This document shows, piece after piece, positions 43,741 to 59,110 of a stretch of 64,000 nt of DNA. A model generated the notes under the pieces. It was not told the origin of the DNA, searched no databases, and saw only the letters and a program-made list of their open reading frames with translations. Source of the stretch: the human T2T-CHM13v2.0 reference genome, Homo sapiens; assembly GCF_009914755.1 (NCBI RefSeq), contig NC_060925.1; one strand, written 5' to 3'. A program made the translations under genes and the position numbers. Each line of letters starts with the position of its first letter. Within the stretch, counting starts at the first letter, position 1.

Positions 43741-45785
43741 ATCCACCCCCTCCCCCCCCGCCACGCTCCCCGCCATGCTCCTTCTTCTCCCTGTGCTGGG
43801 CTTTTGGAAAGAGCCAGGGGTCTGCTTTTGTTCTGAATCCCCATCCTGCTGACTTGCCACCGGGGTGTCTTTACCTATGGGGGGAGTGGGTCCAGTCCCC
43901 ACGTTGCCACCTTCTGAGTGAGCACCAAGGCCCTCCCATTGCAGTTGGATGTGGCCAGCCGGCCCATTCAGTCCAAGTGCCCAGGAGCCCAGTGTGCCCT
44001 TCCTTTGGCTCTAGCTCCTCCCTCCCCCATCAGGGGACCACTGGGGCACTAAGTGTGGTGGCAGAGGGCACCATGTGGGCTGTGACCACCTCTCTCCAGC
44101 AGACTGGGGGGTGCCTGCAGAGCACTGACTGCCAGTGGGCAACATTACTCTCTGGCCTGCCTCACCATTGGGCTGTCTGTTCACTTGCTTCTCCCAGCTC
44201 AGTTGTGGTCTCTGAGGTAGGTCAGAGCCTGGGCTGGCTTATCACCAGGTCCTGGGCACCTGCTCAGGATGGAGCACAGAGAAGGCCTTGCTGGCAGCTG
44301 TCAGGGGTGCGTGTGTCCAGTGGAGTGGGGCTTCCTGCCCTGTGGGCACATTCCCGAGGTACGGGGGCCTGGTGTTTCCACAATCATCCACTCCCTTCCA
44401 GCTGCCCAGGGATTGGGGTGTCGGGGCGTAGGGGCTTCTCTGGGGGTGGGTACAAGTCCCTACTTGCCATTCCCCAGCTAAACTGCCACTGAGTGGAGAG
44501 GGCGGCTTTCCCCGCAGGGAATTGGGAGTCCCAGATGTCTCCCTTCTGCGCTTGGGAGGGGTGCTCCTCCCTGAAGGACAGGGTTTTTGCTTCTGAGCAC
44601 ATGGGCCTTTTGCTTCTGAGCAGGAGAAAGACTTTCTGGCAGGGCACCGTGGTTCACGGAAGGTTCTGACCCTGCAGGTGGGCTTCGGCGAGACTCTCAC
44701 GCAAGGGACTTTGCTCATTTTCTGCCCCTCTGCTGCCATCAAATGTAGCAGAAAAAAATGTGTGTCCCTCTCCAGCCCCTTGCTGTAGGAATGCCAGCTT
44801 CGGCTCAGGCTGGTAGTCTGGTTTCGTAACGGCCGTGTGGCCGCGGGTCAGGTGCTTCACCTTTGGGCCTGGGATAATCATGCCACCTCCTGGGGCTGCT
44901 GGGGGATCCAGTGAGCTGATTTCCATGAAGGCGGAATGTTGGCGATGCGAGTTTTTAGCTAGTCCCCGACACACACTGAGAACAGGAAACGAGCCACTGG
45001 GTGCTCAGCTCTCCAAGCACGGCCGTCCCTGAGTGCTGGGGGATGGGCAGGTCCAGCCATGTTCCCGGAATAACTCCGGCCTGGGCGGCGGCCAGCAGGT
45101 CAGAGCTGGGCCAGAGGTGCCGACGGTGCCCAGGGTAAGGGGATGCCGGGAAGACGTTGAAGACAAATGTGTGCCTGTGGGGAGCAGCATGTTTATGGCA
45201 AATAAAACTCCTGATAACGATTCACGAATCCTGGCAGCCCTGCCTTCCTTGCCGTACCTGGGGGCTTGTACTGCCAGGGGAGGCTTCGTCTCATTTCCTT
45301 CACTGCTGGGGAAGGACTGCCCAGGACTCAAACAGGAAAACTGAGCCTCGGAGACGTTCAACTCCAACAGGGAGCAGCAGCCGCTGCTGTTCGGTCGCCC
45401 AGCGGCCTCCCTGGAGGAGAGTCCCTCAGTGATGCCTCTTCAAAGGCTCTGCGTGCTGCCCACTGTCCGTAAGGAGTGAGGCAGGTGTGGTCAGAGTGCC
45501 TGGACCCGCATCGCCCTTTGCCTCCCCAGCTGCAATCTCACTTGCTCACTTGGGGGGCTTTGGCTGAGCTTTGCAGGTTGGCCTGGACCGGCAGGTGGGC
45601 ACAGGCCCATTGCACCTGACTGGGTGTGATTAAGGAAACAGGAATGGAAATGCTTCTCCAACTGGAGGAAGTCAGAAAGCCACAGGGCATCCTCAGACGA
45701 AACCCCTGCTTCCTCCATCAGAGCGGGGGCAAGCAGATGGGGAGGGGAGATGCTTTTCCTCAGAGACACCAATGCCTCTACACCC

Positions 45786-45987
45786 AGGCCTCTCCATGCA
45801 GGTGTTATGGACATTCCAGGCTGGATAATTCTTCGTTGTTAGGGCCATCCTGGGCATGGAAGCATGTTGAACAGCATCCCTGGTTTCCACCCACTAGATG
45901 CCAATAGCACCCCCGACAACCAAGTGTGTCTCCAGGCTTTGCCCAGTTCCCTTGAAGGGCAGAATCACCCCTCACCGAGAACCACTG
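45786..45987 (-). mobile_element. MER20
   Basis: GGATAATTCTTCGTTG, CCCACTAGATGCCAATAGCACC, GAGAACCACTG; TSD-like CTACACCC/CTCCACCC. Confidence 0.85.
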
Positions 45988-48900
45988 CTCCACCCAATGC
46001 AAAGATGTAACTCTCGGCATGTTTAGGACCAAGTATTGGGATGTGCAGAAGGACGCGCAGGACGTGGAACCCTGTGTGCTTGGGTCGTGGCCGTGCCTTC
46101 CGGATGCTTCGAGGGAAATGACCTGGCTCCTGGTCAGACATAAAAGTGGGAAGTGTATTTTCCCTCTGATGTTGTCACTACTGGCTGGTGCCGCAGACGG
46201 ACTCAGAAAGCACCGTTTCATTTTGCTCGAGTAAAGAAGGCAGGCGCAGAGTGCTGCTCATATATTGATTGACTCATCAAATGATCTGCTGCAGCTGCCT
46301 GCATTTGTTTACAGGGCGAAAATTAATGCCACAGATGTTTACTGTATAATAGGATTTGAAATCTGTTGGGGGGAGCACCCGTTGAAACCATTGGGCCAAG
46401 AATGAGAAAAACACTTTGCATAAAGGAGGATTTGGTTCACTAAGTAGCACACGGTGCTTGCTGTCAAATGCTAACAAGAAACATGGGCCTCCTCTCCCTT
46501 GGCCAGCGCTGGCGTTCGCGCCTGGCTCCCTGGCTTTCTTCTACACTGTGCTTTGATGTGGCACCTTCCAAAGTGTTTTCATGATGGAGAGGGCTTCCTC
46601 TGAAATGTAGCACCCGAGCCTAATTAACTGATGCGTGATTCTTCATTAGCATCTGGGCAGGCCTGGGGCCCCCAGTTCCCTTTCCTTCCTCGGCCCCTCT
46701 TTGCAGCGGGCAACCCTGGATTGCCCAGCGAGGCTGCCTGGCCCTTGGGTGTCTGTGTCTGGGGTTCCCCTGGTGACCCCACCAGCTCCTGTTGTGTCCC
46801 TGCCTTCCACTGCCTGGAGCCAGGTCTCTGAATGAATATAGCCATCCTCCGAGACGGGAGCTGCTTTTTCTTGGCACAGCATCTAAGCCCTGCAACCCTG
46901 AGTGTCTTGACGGCACAGCCAATTCCTCGCTATGCCCAAGGGCTTTTCCCAGGCATCAGGGCAGACAGGGACCCCCAGTGCTTCTTAGAGCCTCCTCCAG
47001 AGGAAATGGCTTTGGGGTGTGTCTCCCAGTCGAGGACGGAGGACATGGCAGGCTGCTGGTGCTCCTGGTGACCATTGGGAGGCCCTGGAGGGAGCCTCCT
47101 TCCCAGGAAGTTTCCTTCCAGTGGGTTCGAGTGTGCATACTCCGTTTGTATTTTCACTTTCCTTATGTTTTTCTCTTCAGCCAGCTCTGATTGGATTCAC
47201 CACAGATTAACATTTTCCATTATACGTTATAATGTGTTTTTTTAAAACCAAATCTCCCTTCACAGATTGCTGTCTTTATAATATAGGAATTATTTCTCAG
47301 TCACTTTAAAAGTCCTGCTTCATTAGCTTGGTGACTGTTTGGTAATTTGCAAAGTCACTTTCGCAAGTTTTAATACTGCCCGGTTGAGGATCACAGCAAT
47401 AAATGTATTAGGTTTGAATAGTGTTATGATTCTGTCTGAAGTGAAAAAATTAGAATCAGTCATTAGCTCTGACCTCAGCATCAGCCCACACCGTGCAGGA
47501 GATGATGCAGATAGATGATGCGATCACAGCCTCCGCCATGGGAAGAATCCTGGGTAAGGCCTTGGAGCCCTTTGTCTCAGCTCTTTGCCAAGACTCGAAG
47601 CAGTAGCTCCTACATCTCCAGTACCTTCCACGTTTCTGTTCTCCTTAGAGTGGCTTAAAGCTCCCCCTTCCATATAAGTCTCTCATGTCTAGACTCAGCC
47701 CTCCAGGGAAGGCAAATGGAGACTTTGAAGCCCCCAACCTTGGGCTCCCCCTCCAGCTTTTTTGACAGATGATGGTACCTGCTGAGAGAATGTGACCAGA
47801 GGCTTTCATTGGGATTTTGGGGGCCATTCTGTTTTCTTCCTCCTCCTGTGTTGAGGCCATCTCTGAGCCATGCTGAGAAAACAGGGAGGTTGCCAAGGGC
47901 AGAGATGTCCAGCCCCTGCTCTGAGGCTGTCAAGTGCCTCCTCAGGGAGAAGGGGAGGGTGCGCATTGCTCGATTTTGCTCAATTCCCAGCAGGCTTCTC
48001 CACCTCCCAGGAGGCGCCTCTGAGTCCCTCCCAGCCCGAGACTCTTTCCCCCTGGAAGAGAGGGTGGGCAGGCTCGGGGAGAACCCCAGAGCCTCATGTG
48101 GCCATGTCGTGTTTCATTTGCCCTGATTAATTTGGCATCTGTATGAACCAGAGGGAGTGGTGCTCGACCCTAACCTTTCACAGATGTTCCAGGCCGAGGT
48201 TTTCTGGCAAAATCGATTTTGACATTTTGATAAGAACCGTTTTGCTGTGTTCTGTATTTTGAATCTTTGACTCTAAGCTGTTCTGAAAACCAGCTGTGAA
48301 GCTAAATCTTGTTTGTAAAATCTGCATACTGCATCAGCAGCAGAAAACGCCAGAGCCTCGAGGTCATTTCATAGACACTTGAAGCAAGTTAGGTGGGATG
48401 CGAGGATATTGAATTGCGGTGGTTTGTCAGACTTCTGCCATGGGAAGCATTGTGAGAGATGCATAATGAATGTCTTGAACCCTCTTCTGTCTCTTGCAGT
48501 GTTTGGAATGCAAAAAAAATTAGACCTTTAATGGAAAGATTTGGTATTCATGAGAAAGACAGAGTCCCTACTACTTAGGAAACTTGGTTGCCTTGTAAAA
48601 CAGAACATCTGTATCAGGAGCACGGTGATCTTTTGTCATTTGGTATAAGGAAAAAAATTAAACATTGGATTGGAAACATTTGAGGTCACTGTGTAAAAGG
48701 CACACACCTGCTGTCCAAACTGAAGTTCTCATTTGCAAGCGTTATTTGAGGGGGAAAAGGAGTGGTTTCCAAACTGCCTTAGCTTCCAAAGAAATGGCTT
48801 GCTTCCCTGCCTCCCTGCGTACCTGCACTCAGAAGGAGGCTCTGTTTCCTGCTTCACTGTCGGAGACCTCCTGAAGAAATAACATAAACCGACGGGGACA

Positions 48901-50841
48901 AGCAGAGTATGCAAGGAGAAAGGTCCAGAGCCCAGGCGGGAGGGAAAAGATGAGGCGAGTGACCGGCAACCTCCCACCTGCTCTTTCTCACAGCAGACAG
49001 CCAGTGGGAGGTGATCTGGTGGGCGGGGACATTGCAGCTGCCCTAGGGCTGCCTCTGACATGAGGGCCACTGCAAGTTCTTGACCCTCTTTGTCTTTCTT
49101 CCACCGTGGGTCCCTTGCATGACAGGGACGCATTCTAGGTCTTGGGAGCATTTCATGAATGACAGTGGACATGCTGTTAAAAGGCTGGATGTGGCCCCTG
49201 AGAAGGCTGCATGGTGACACCAAACAAAGACCAAAGGAACCAGGAGCCACTAGGCCTGGGCTCCGGCCACGATTCTGCTCCTGGCTTCCTCTGTGATGTG
49301 GGCACAGCCGTCTCCCTTTGGGGCACTGGGTGTCCTGTGTGTACCTGGGGACAGTGGGATGGATGAGCAGGGCCCTGGAATTTCCGAGTGCCTGTGGCAA
49401 GCCATTGTTTTCTCTGGAGCATCACTGTACAGTTAGGGTGGGTTTGTGGCAGGTACTTAGAGAAGTCCTAGTAGGAGACAGCAGATCAAAATACAGGGAG
49501 ATGCTGGGATCCACCCACTTTATAGTTAAGGGGTACCCTTTCTAGAGTCAGAAGATGAACAGATTGACCCTGGAGGTAACCCCCACCCGAGACTCCCGTC
49601 TGTAGGTGTTGAGGTTTGCATTTGATAGCAGGAAAAGGTGCTATTAAGATCCTGGAGTCATTGATAAATGAGGGGTGCATCAGTGAATGAGCCTGTCTTA
49701 GATTTCCTCTCTTTTTCCTTTGTGAGGTCGATGGGGTTTATCTTCAGCTCTCCAGGCCTCCTCCTCTGTCCCCTTTCCAACCCCGCCATCACTTCCCATC
49801 TCTGGGCACTTAGATCTTTCACTGCTGTCCACATCCCTTTCTGGCAGGAGAGGATCTGAGAAATTGACTCACACTAAGGCAATAATGAATTTATGTGTAA
49901 TCTGTCCTGTGCGTGTGATACTTGCTCTAAAGAGGACTGGATGAAGAGAGTACGCTTGCCTGAAGGGAAGGGGTGCTGATGGTGGGGTTCCAGGCATGTG
50001 ACACCCACCCGAGTTCCGGGATGCCCTCCTGTCCCCCACACCAGCCCGGAGGCTGGAAGCTCTTGGGAAAGGAGACTGGTCAAGGGCTTGTGGGCAGTCT
50101 CTTTGGGTTTATTGGACTCCAAATCTTTACTGTCCAGGAGTTAAAAGGTGATATTCTTCCTCTCAGCTCCTCAGGGAGTCCATGGTTTGGCTGTGGGGAG
50201 AGCAGGTCTGTTTCCCTGCAGAGCCCCTCCCCACTCCAGCCGGGCTTGTGGGTGCCAGCATGGAGCCTGCAGCCTCTGCGTGTGCACATCCTTCATTAAA
50301 TATCTCTCCTGTCCTGTGGGCAGAACATCCCCTGACCAGTTTGCAGTCTGTCCACACTGGGCCCTTCTCCAGCCAGGATGAGTAAAAGGTACACGGCTGA
50401 ACATCAGTGCCAGTGAGTGAGAGGCTACAGAGGCACGGAACAGGATGGTGGCAGAGAGGTCCCTGGGAAGCCTGTGCCGGGGCAGCAGGGGTGTGGGGGG
50501 CTGTGGGCCGGAGGAGGCAGCATCACTGTGGACAGGCAGGAAGGTGGCCTCGGGGGGAAGGGGACAGGGCAGAATGAGCCTTTCCCAAAAGTGAGACACT
50601 CAAAGCCTCGTCATGCCGGGCAGCGCCCATCCCTGCCTACCTGTCCCTTTTGCTGTCTCGGATGGAGCCTGTGGGAGGGAGGTCGAGATCCCAGCCTCTG
50701 TGAGGGCACCGTTGGTGGGGGGGATTGGGCAGGGAAAAGAGTGGCGCCCACAGAGCAGGACACGGAGAAGCCTTGAGCTGGAAATAAGGAGGCCAATATC
50801 TAGGCCTGACCTGTCATTAACGAGCCATGAGGCATGAGGTC

Positions 50842-51055
<214 letters not shown>

Positions 51056-51214
51056 TGAGCCATGAGGTCTTGAGCAAGGCCGCCCCTCTGTTAGAAGTCC
51101 CCTTCTCTATGCCTCATGGTTCCACAGCCTGGGGTACCCCAGCTCCAAATGACACATCTCCCTGCGTTTGCTGTGCACGTGCCTGGGTGTGGGTGATGCT
51201 GATTTCTAATGCAT

Positions 51215-51820
<606 letters not shown>

Positions 51821-52388
51821 TCAAAATGAGCTCCCTCTGACCTGCACTGACTATTCACAGATATTCTAGGGCTCCTACCTTGTTTGCAAGAAGCTGAGCC
51901 ACACGCCCTGGTGAATACAAAATAGGGTAAGGAATTTTTTGGCCAGTTGCCTGCAGCTTTGCTAATCCTGATTGAGCATTCTTCATACCAAGACCAAGAC
52001 GATTTCAGAAGTATCTGTAGCATGTGTAACTTCTGTCCTTTTGACTGTTTTGGGGACGACATTTAATTTTATGGCAAGCAGATCATTCATTATTTCAGAT
52101 GACCCGGATGGGCTCATACTTTGAACAGTTTAGACAGTCTTGTCTTCACTGCTAGCCCTATTCCTTTCTTGCTAAGTCCTCCACTACCACCGCCATACTC
52201 ACCCTGGCTTGCTCCTCTTACTGTCACCAGTGGGTTATAGGCCAGCAGAAACTGTAAGAGACGGGCTTTCAGAACAAAAATTCCCAATCACCTCTCTGTT
52301 CCCAAGAAAATCAGGGATCAGAAAGAATTTTTATGCAGAAAAAAGTATTTGACAACACTTAACACAAAAATTAATAATAAAAACTTTT

Positions 52389-52779
<391 letters not shown>

Positions 52780-53209
52780 CTATCAAAAGTCTGTAGCACA
52801 GGCAAATGGAAACTGAAACCAGAATGAGATATAACACACCCACCCTACTGGTGAAAATTTTAAAAGACTGAGGATACCATAAGCTGGCAAGGTTGTGGAA
52901 CAACAGGAAGCTTCATACATTATTGATGGGGATGTAGATGGTACGAACAATTTGGAAAAGTACCTGGCAGTTTCTTAAACTAAATATACATCTATTGCAT
53001 GACCCAGCAATTCCTCTCTTGGACATCTACCAAGAGAAATGAAAACATATGTTCACAAAAAGACTTGTATGAGAATGTTCTTGGCAGTTTTACTCATAGT
53101 CACTGAAAACAGAAAGCAACTCAGGGGTCTACCAACAGGTGAGTGGACAAGTGGAGGTATTTTTGTACAACAGAATGTTGCCCTGCAATAAAGAGAAACA
53201 CATTTTGGG

Positions 53210-53591
<382 letters not shown>

Positions 53592-54865
53592 TTATATGTT
53601 TCATTTATATCAACTTCTAGATTAGGCAAAAGTAATTGGTGGTACAAAATGATCCTAACCATGGCTTCCTCTGTTGTGGGTGATGGTGTCTGCAATTTAC
53701 TGGGAAAAGACATAAAGTAACTTTCTTGAGTGAGTACAATGCCTGTATCTTGACAGATGTTGGATTGCACAGTGAGGCGCATTTGTCAGATGTGTCCCAT
53801 GATGCATTTGAGATCCATGCATTTCACTCTGTAAAATTTACTTCAAACAAACAAACTGCAAACAAATATTGAACTCTAGCTAATGATATGCCTTTAGACT
53901 TGTACTGATGTTGGCAATTTACTCTGAAATGCATCAAAAAATAAAATGGATCGATGAATGCACAAAAGGATGGCTGGATGGATAGTTACGAGATAGAGCA
54001 AATATAGCAAGATGTTAATTATAGAATCCAGGTGGTGGAAACAAGGGTTTCCTCTGTAAAATGCTTTCAGATTTTCTGTATGTTTGATAGTTTTCATAGT
54101 AAAATTTTGGAGGAAAACTGAGCAATCTATCTTTGGATTCATGCACATCTGGTAAAACTAGATTCTTAAAAATGATGGGAATTTTATGCACAAAGATCAG
54201 GAAGGAGGTTTCCCTTTGGGTTAGGCTTGCTAAGAGTGGGGCTCAAAGAAATACCCACAGTGGCTTAATGTGGACGATTCTAGTTCCTAAGTTGGGGTGA
54301 GGTGGGGGTGGGGTAATGGGTCTTCTTTTATTTAAACTTTGTGCTTTATAAATACAGAACACACATCTTTCTATGTATGAAGTGTTACGTACTATTTTTT
54401 TTTTAATTATATGGCTCTTAAGTTGTTTTCTTTTTTTAAAGGAAATAGTGGGGTCTCAGGAGTAGGGCAGTTCTGTTTTTAATAGGCTTTAAATGGTTTG
54501 GGCCTAAGATGGGCTGCCTTTCATCACCAGGGTGAGCTAGAGTTCAGGAGAATTTTGACCTTATTTGATTGCAAAACTTCAAAGTGATGGGCATTTTCAG
54601 TATGCTTACTTTTCAATGTGAGTAGAAAAACATACAAACCAGAACAGCTGGAATTTAAACTCTGGTAACACAGACCTCAAGTCCGGTCACCTTCCCTTCT
54701 CCCTGTCAGCCAGTGATCTCACTTTCTACTTCTCCAGCCCAAACAGAAGACAGGAAATCAGACTGTCCTCACCCATGCCCCACAGGCTACCGACTTCCCT
54801 GTGTGCCTTCCGTTCTCCACCTCCCTGAGCTCTGGATCCCACCATTTTTTCCTCTTCATCTTCAG

Positions 54866-55180
54866 TTTTGTTTTCGTTCTTGTTTTTGTTTTTGAGACAG
54901 GGTCTTGCTCTGTCACCCAGGCTGAAGTGCAATGACGCAATCATAGCTCACTGCAGCCTTGAACTCCTGGGCTCGAGCAATCCTCCCACCTCAGTCTCGC
55001 AAGTAGCTAGGCCTACAGTTGCACAGGATCATACCTGGCTAATTAAAAAAATTTTTTTTTGTAGAGATGGGGTCTTGCTGTGTTGCACAGGCTGTTCCCA
55101 AACTCCTGACCTCAAGTGATCCTCCTGCCTTGGCCTCCCAAAGTGCTGGGAATTACAGGCATGAGCTACCACCCCTGGCC
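54866..55180 (-). mobile_element. AluJ
   Basis: ATCATAGCTCACTGCAGCCTTGAACTCCTGGGCTC. Confidence 0.92.
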
Positions 55181-55296
55181 TTCTGGACAAATGTAGAGGA
55201 TCGCCTTGCCCCTCCGTGCCTACTTCATAGTATTGTTCCATAAAGATTAGAATGGTTCCTGGCACATAGTACACTTTCAGTAAAAAACTTAGCTGT

Positions 55297-55600
<304 letters not shown>

Positions 55601-55679
55601 TTAACTCTCCCTATCATATATCCTTTCTATATCTTCAGCTTTACTCCCCCTGTCCCTCCCCAAATGTCCTGAAATTGTC

Positions 55680-56700
55680 CAAAGTGGCTGTCTTTACCTT
55701 GTCACCTGGCCCCCACCAACGACCTCCTGGTTGCCATCGGACGTTTCTCAGTCCTCGTTTCTTTGACTATCTCGGCAGCATTGATTGGACACTCTGAGCC
55801 CCGTTTTTTTTTCTTGAAACAGACTCTTCCCTAGGCCCTCTGGAGTACCATGCTTCCTGGCTTTCCTTCCAACTCCCTGACCACCTTCTCTCTTCTCTTT
55901 GTGACCTCCCATTCCTATGCTCATCCCTTCTATATTTGTGATGCTCAAGATTCAGTCCAAGGCCTCCGTTTTCCTTACTTTAAAAACTTTCTTTGGGAAA
56001 TTTCATCTATTTTTATGGATTTTGTTTCAATGATGACACACAGTTCTCTGTCTACAGCCCAGGTAGTACCACTAAGTTTCAGAACAGTAACCCCATTTGA
56101 CTACTGACCACTTCCCCTTGGATTCCCCACACTGTTTTCCTCTCTCCCCTGACATGCGTTTCTCTTGGGTTCTCTTTCTCAGTATATGGTACCATCCATT
56201 TGAGTTCTCCTCCCTGCTCCAATCAGTCAGTTGGTCCAGTCGTTCACCACTTGTGTTGACTGTACCTCTGATACCTGGAAGTCACTTCTTTCTCTCTGTC
56301 CTTCTTAAGCCCATCTGAGTTCAGGGTTCCATGATCTCTTTCCTGTATTGCTGCAAAGGCTTCTTCCTCTTCTCCTTGCTCCCTCTCTTGCCCTCCTCTA
56401 CTTCATTCTATAAACCTCAATTCTGTGTATGTCATTCCAATACTTAAAACCTTTTAGTGCCTTTCCTCTGCTCTCAAACAAGATCCAAACTCCTGAATTT
56501 GTTCACAAGGCAGCACTCATGCTGGCTCTAGCCTCTTTCCCCACATTCCTTTCATCTCTCTGTGCCCTTTTCCTATGGGCTTTCAGGTCTCTGTTCTCTC
56601 TTCCTGCAGCCCTCCTTCTCCACCCTGCACAGTTAGCTCCTGCTCATCCTCTAGTGCTCAGCTTCACAGTCACGCCACCCAGGAAACCTTCTGTGATCTG
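55680..56700 (+). mobile_element. L2 fragments
   Basis: ACCAACGACCTCCTGGTTGCC...TTGACTATCTCGGCAGCATTGA...CTGGCTTTCCTTCC. Confidence 0.7.
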
Positions 56701-56736
56701 TTTCCTTCACTCATGCAGCAAATCTCCATCGAGGGC

Positions 56737-57098
56737 TGATATGGTTTGGCTGTGTCCCCACCCAAATCTCATCTTGAATTGGAACTCCCACAATTCCCAC
56801 ATGTCTTGGGAGGTGATTGAATTATGGGTACGGGTCTTTCCTGTGCTGTTCTCATGATAGTGAATGAGTCTCAGGAGATTGGATGGTTTTAAAAACAAGA
56901 GTTTCCCTGCACAAGTTCTCTCTTTGCCTGCTACCATCCATGTAAGACATGACTTGTTCTTCCTTGCCTTTCACCTTCTGTCATGATTGTGAGGCCTCCC
57001 CAGCCACATGGAACTGTAAGTCCAATAAACCTCTTTCTTTTGTAAATTGCCCAGTCTTGGGTATGTCTTTATCAATAGCACAAAAACGGACTAATATA
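56737..57098 (+). mobile_element. THE1C MaLR solo LTR
   Basis: TGATATGGTTTGGCTGTGTCCCCACCCAAATCTCATCTTG...GGACTAATA; 5-bp TSD AGGGC. Confidence 0.93.
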
Positions 57099-57309
57099 AG
57101 GGCCCATTCCATCCGGGCACCAAGGGTGGAGTGGTGAAGGACGGGCAAGGGTCTCATTCTCAGAGCTGACAGCCACTGGGGAAAGGCAGTAAGGGGCAAG
57201 CAATGAATCTGATTGGCTCCAATAGTACAATAGCAATGAAGAAAACAGGGCAAGGTGTGCAACGCCAAGCTTACTGTGTGTGTCTCTCTGTGTCGGCAAC
57301 GTCAGATCC

Positions 57310-59110
57310 TCTCCCCTGAGAATATCTGAACTCAAACTTGAAGGAGATGAAGAAACTAGCCCTGCAAAGATTAGAGGGAAGGACAGCCCTGGCAGGAGGA
57401 ACATGTAGAAGGCCATTGGGCAGGGGCGTTTCTTGATGTGTTAGAGGAATAGAAAGAAGGCCAGGGCTTCTGGAGTATGGTGGGTGCAGGAGAAAGCAGG
57501 GAGCTGTCAGGTCCCAACAGTTGGCTGGGGCAAGACCATGTATGGTCTTATAGGTCATGGTAGGGAGCTAGGATTTTATTTTTGGTGCAGTGGACGCCAT
57601 TCGAAGGTTTTAACCAAGGGAGTTCCACAGTTGGACATAATCCTCATATAATACAATTCAAAGAGTACAATTTGATGGTTTTTAATATATTTACAGAGTT
57701 GTGCAACCATTGCCACAGTGTGTCTTAGAACCCTAATCAGTTTTCATCATCCCCAAAGGAAACCCTGTACCCATCAGCAGGCACTCCCTTTTCCCCCCAG
57801 CCCCTCCAGCCCAGGGCAACCACAAATCTACTTTCTGTTTCTATTAGACTGATGTATTGTGGACATTTTATATAAAAAGAATCATACAATGGGTGGTCTC
57901 TTGCAACTGGCTTTTTAAACTTATGGTAATGTTTTCAAGGTTTATTCATATTTTAGCACTTATCAGTAAGTACTTTGTTCCTTTCTATGGCTGAGTAATA
58001 TTTTGTGGTCTGGAGGGACCGTATTTCATTTATCAGCTCCTCAGTTGATGGACATTTAGGTTGCCTCCTCCTTTTGGCTAATACAAATAATGTTTCTGAG
58101 AATCTTCCTGTATGAGCTTCTGGATATGTGCCTTCCCTTCCCTTGGGTATAGACATAGGGGTGGAATTGCTGAGCCATGTGGTGACTCCGTGGCTGATCT
58201 TTTGAGGAGCTGCCAAGCTGTTTTCCAAAATGGCTATGCCATTTTATGTTCACACCAGAGGTTTAGTTTTGAACGTTTTGGCAGTTCCAGATCTCTCCTG
58301 CCATGGAAAATAGATTGTAGGCAGCAAGCGGGGAGGCAGGAGGACCTGTGAGGCACTAAGGGAGGCTGGATGGGGCCTCTCTGCCTTCAAGATTGTGTAA
58401 CAATAGTCCCTGAAACCATGCTGAGGAGAAGAGTGAGGCTGAACAGGAATGATGGGGAGTGAATAAACCATGTGGTTGGAAGTCCTGCTCAGCCCGAGAA
58501 TGACTGGGTGATAGTCCTGGTGCCAAAGACCTAGAGCCACAGATGCTGGTCCGAGAAGAGGTTTGCAGTGGTGGTTTCAGAGGTGGTGCTGTTATTGGTG
58601 GCTGGAGGTGTGGGTGGCCAGGCTGGGGTGGGGGGAAAGGTCACTGGATGGGGGGAGACCAAGGAGCGGGAGGCCGGGGGGTGGGTGGGTCATCATATGG
58701 ATGTTGAGGTCATCCAGAATAGTGGCAGGGGTGGACCTGGAGAGGAAGAGAGTGACCCAGGCCTGGCAGAACAGAGCAGGCAGCACGGCCAGGAGTCCAC
58801 AGATGGCAGTGATGGGAAGCGAGGGACGGCAGTGATATGGAATGGCACCGGCTTCCAGGGAACTGGGGTTTTGATGGAGGAAGCAGGAGAAATACTTTGG
58901 AATTGGTAACAGGGAACAAGGAGGACATCAATTTAGCTCTAGGCTCTGCAATACTTGGGGTATGGGAGAAAAGATGGCATTTTGGGAGTCCTAGAGAGAT
59001 GGGGTCCTTGGGGAATGGCAGGTTTCATCTGAGGCCTGACCTGAAAGCAGGTGGACAACGGTGAACAGTATGTCAATGATCCTCTGCGGGACCCAAAGCA
59101 ACATGGTCGA
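57310..59110 (-). mobile_element. L2 fragments interrupted by L1M
   Basis: GGTCATGGTAGGGAGCTAGGATTTTATT, GAAGGTTTTAA; ATGGATGTTGAGGTCATCCAGAA. Confidence 0.6.
57635..58260 (-). mobile_element. L1MB-like 3' region
   Basis: TTACAGAGTTGTGCAACCAT, GGCAACCACAAATCTACTTTCTG, TTGAGGAGCTGCCAAGCTGTTTTCCAAA. Confidence 0.85.

Noticed and set aside
48480-48550. Strong-looking acceptor CTCTTCTGTCTCTTGCAG
   Set aside because: No clear donor or open coding frame; isolated acceptors are common by chance
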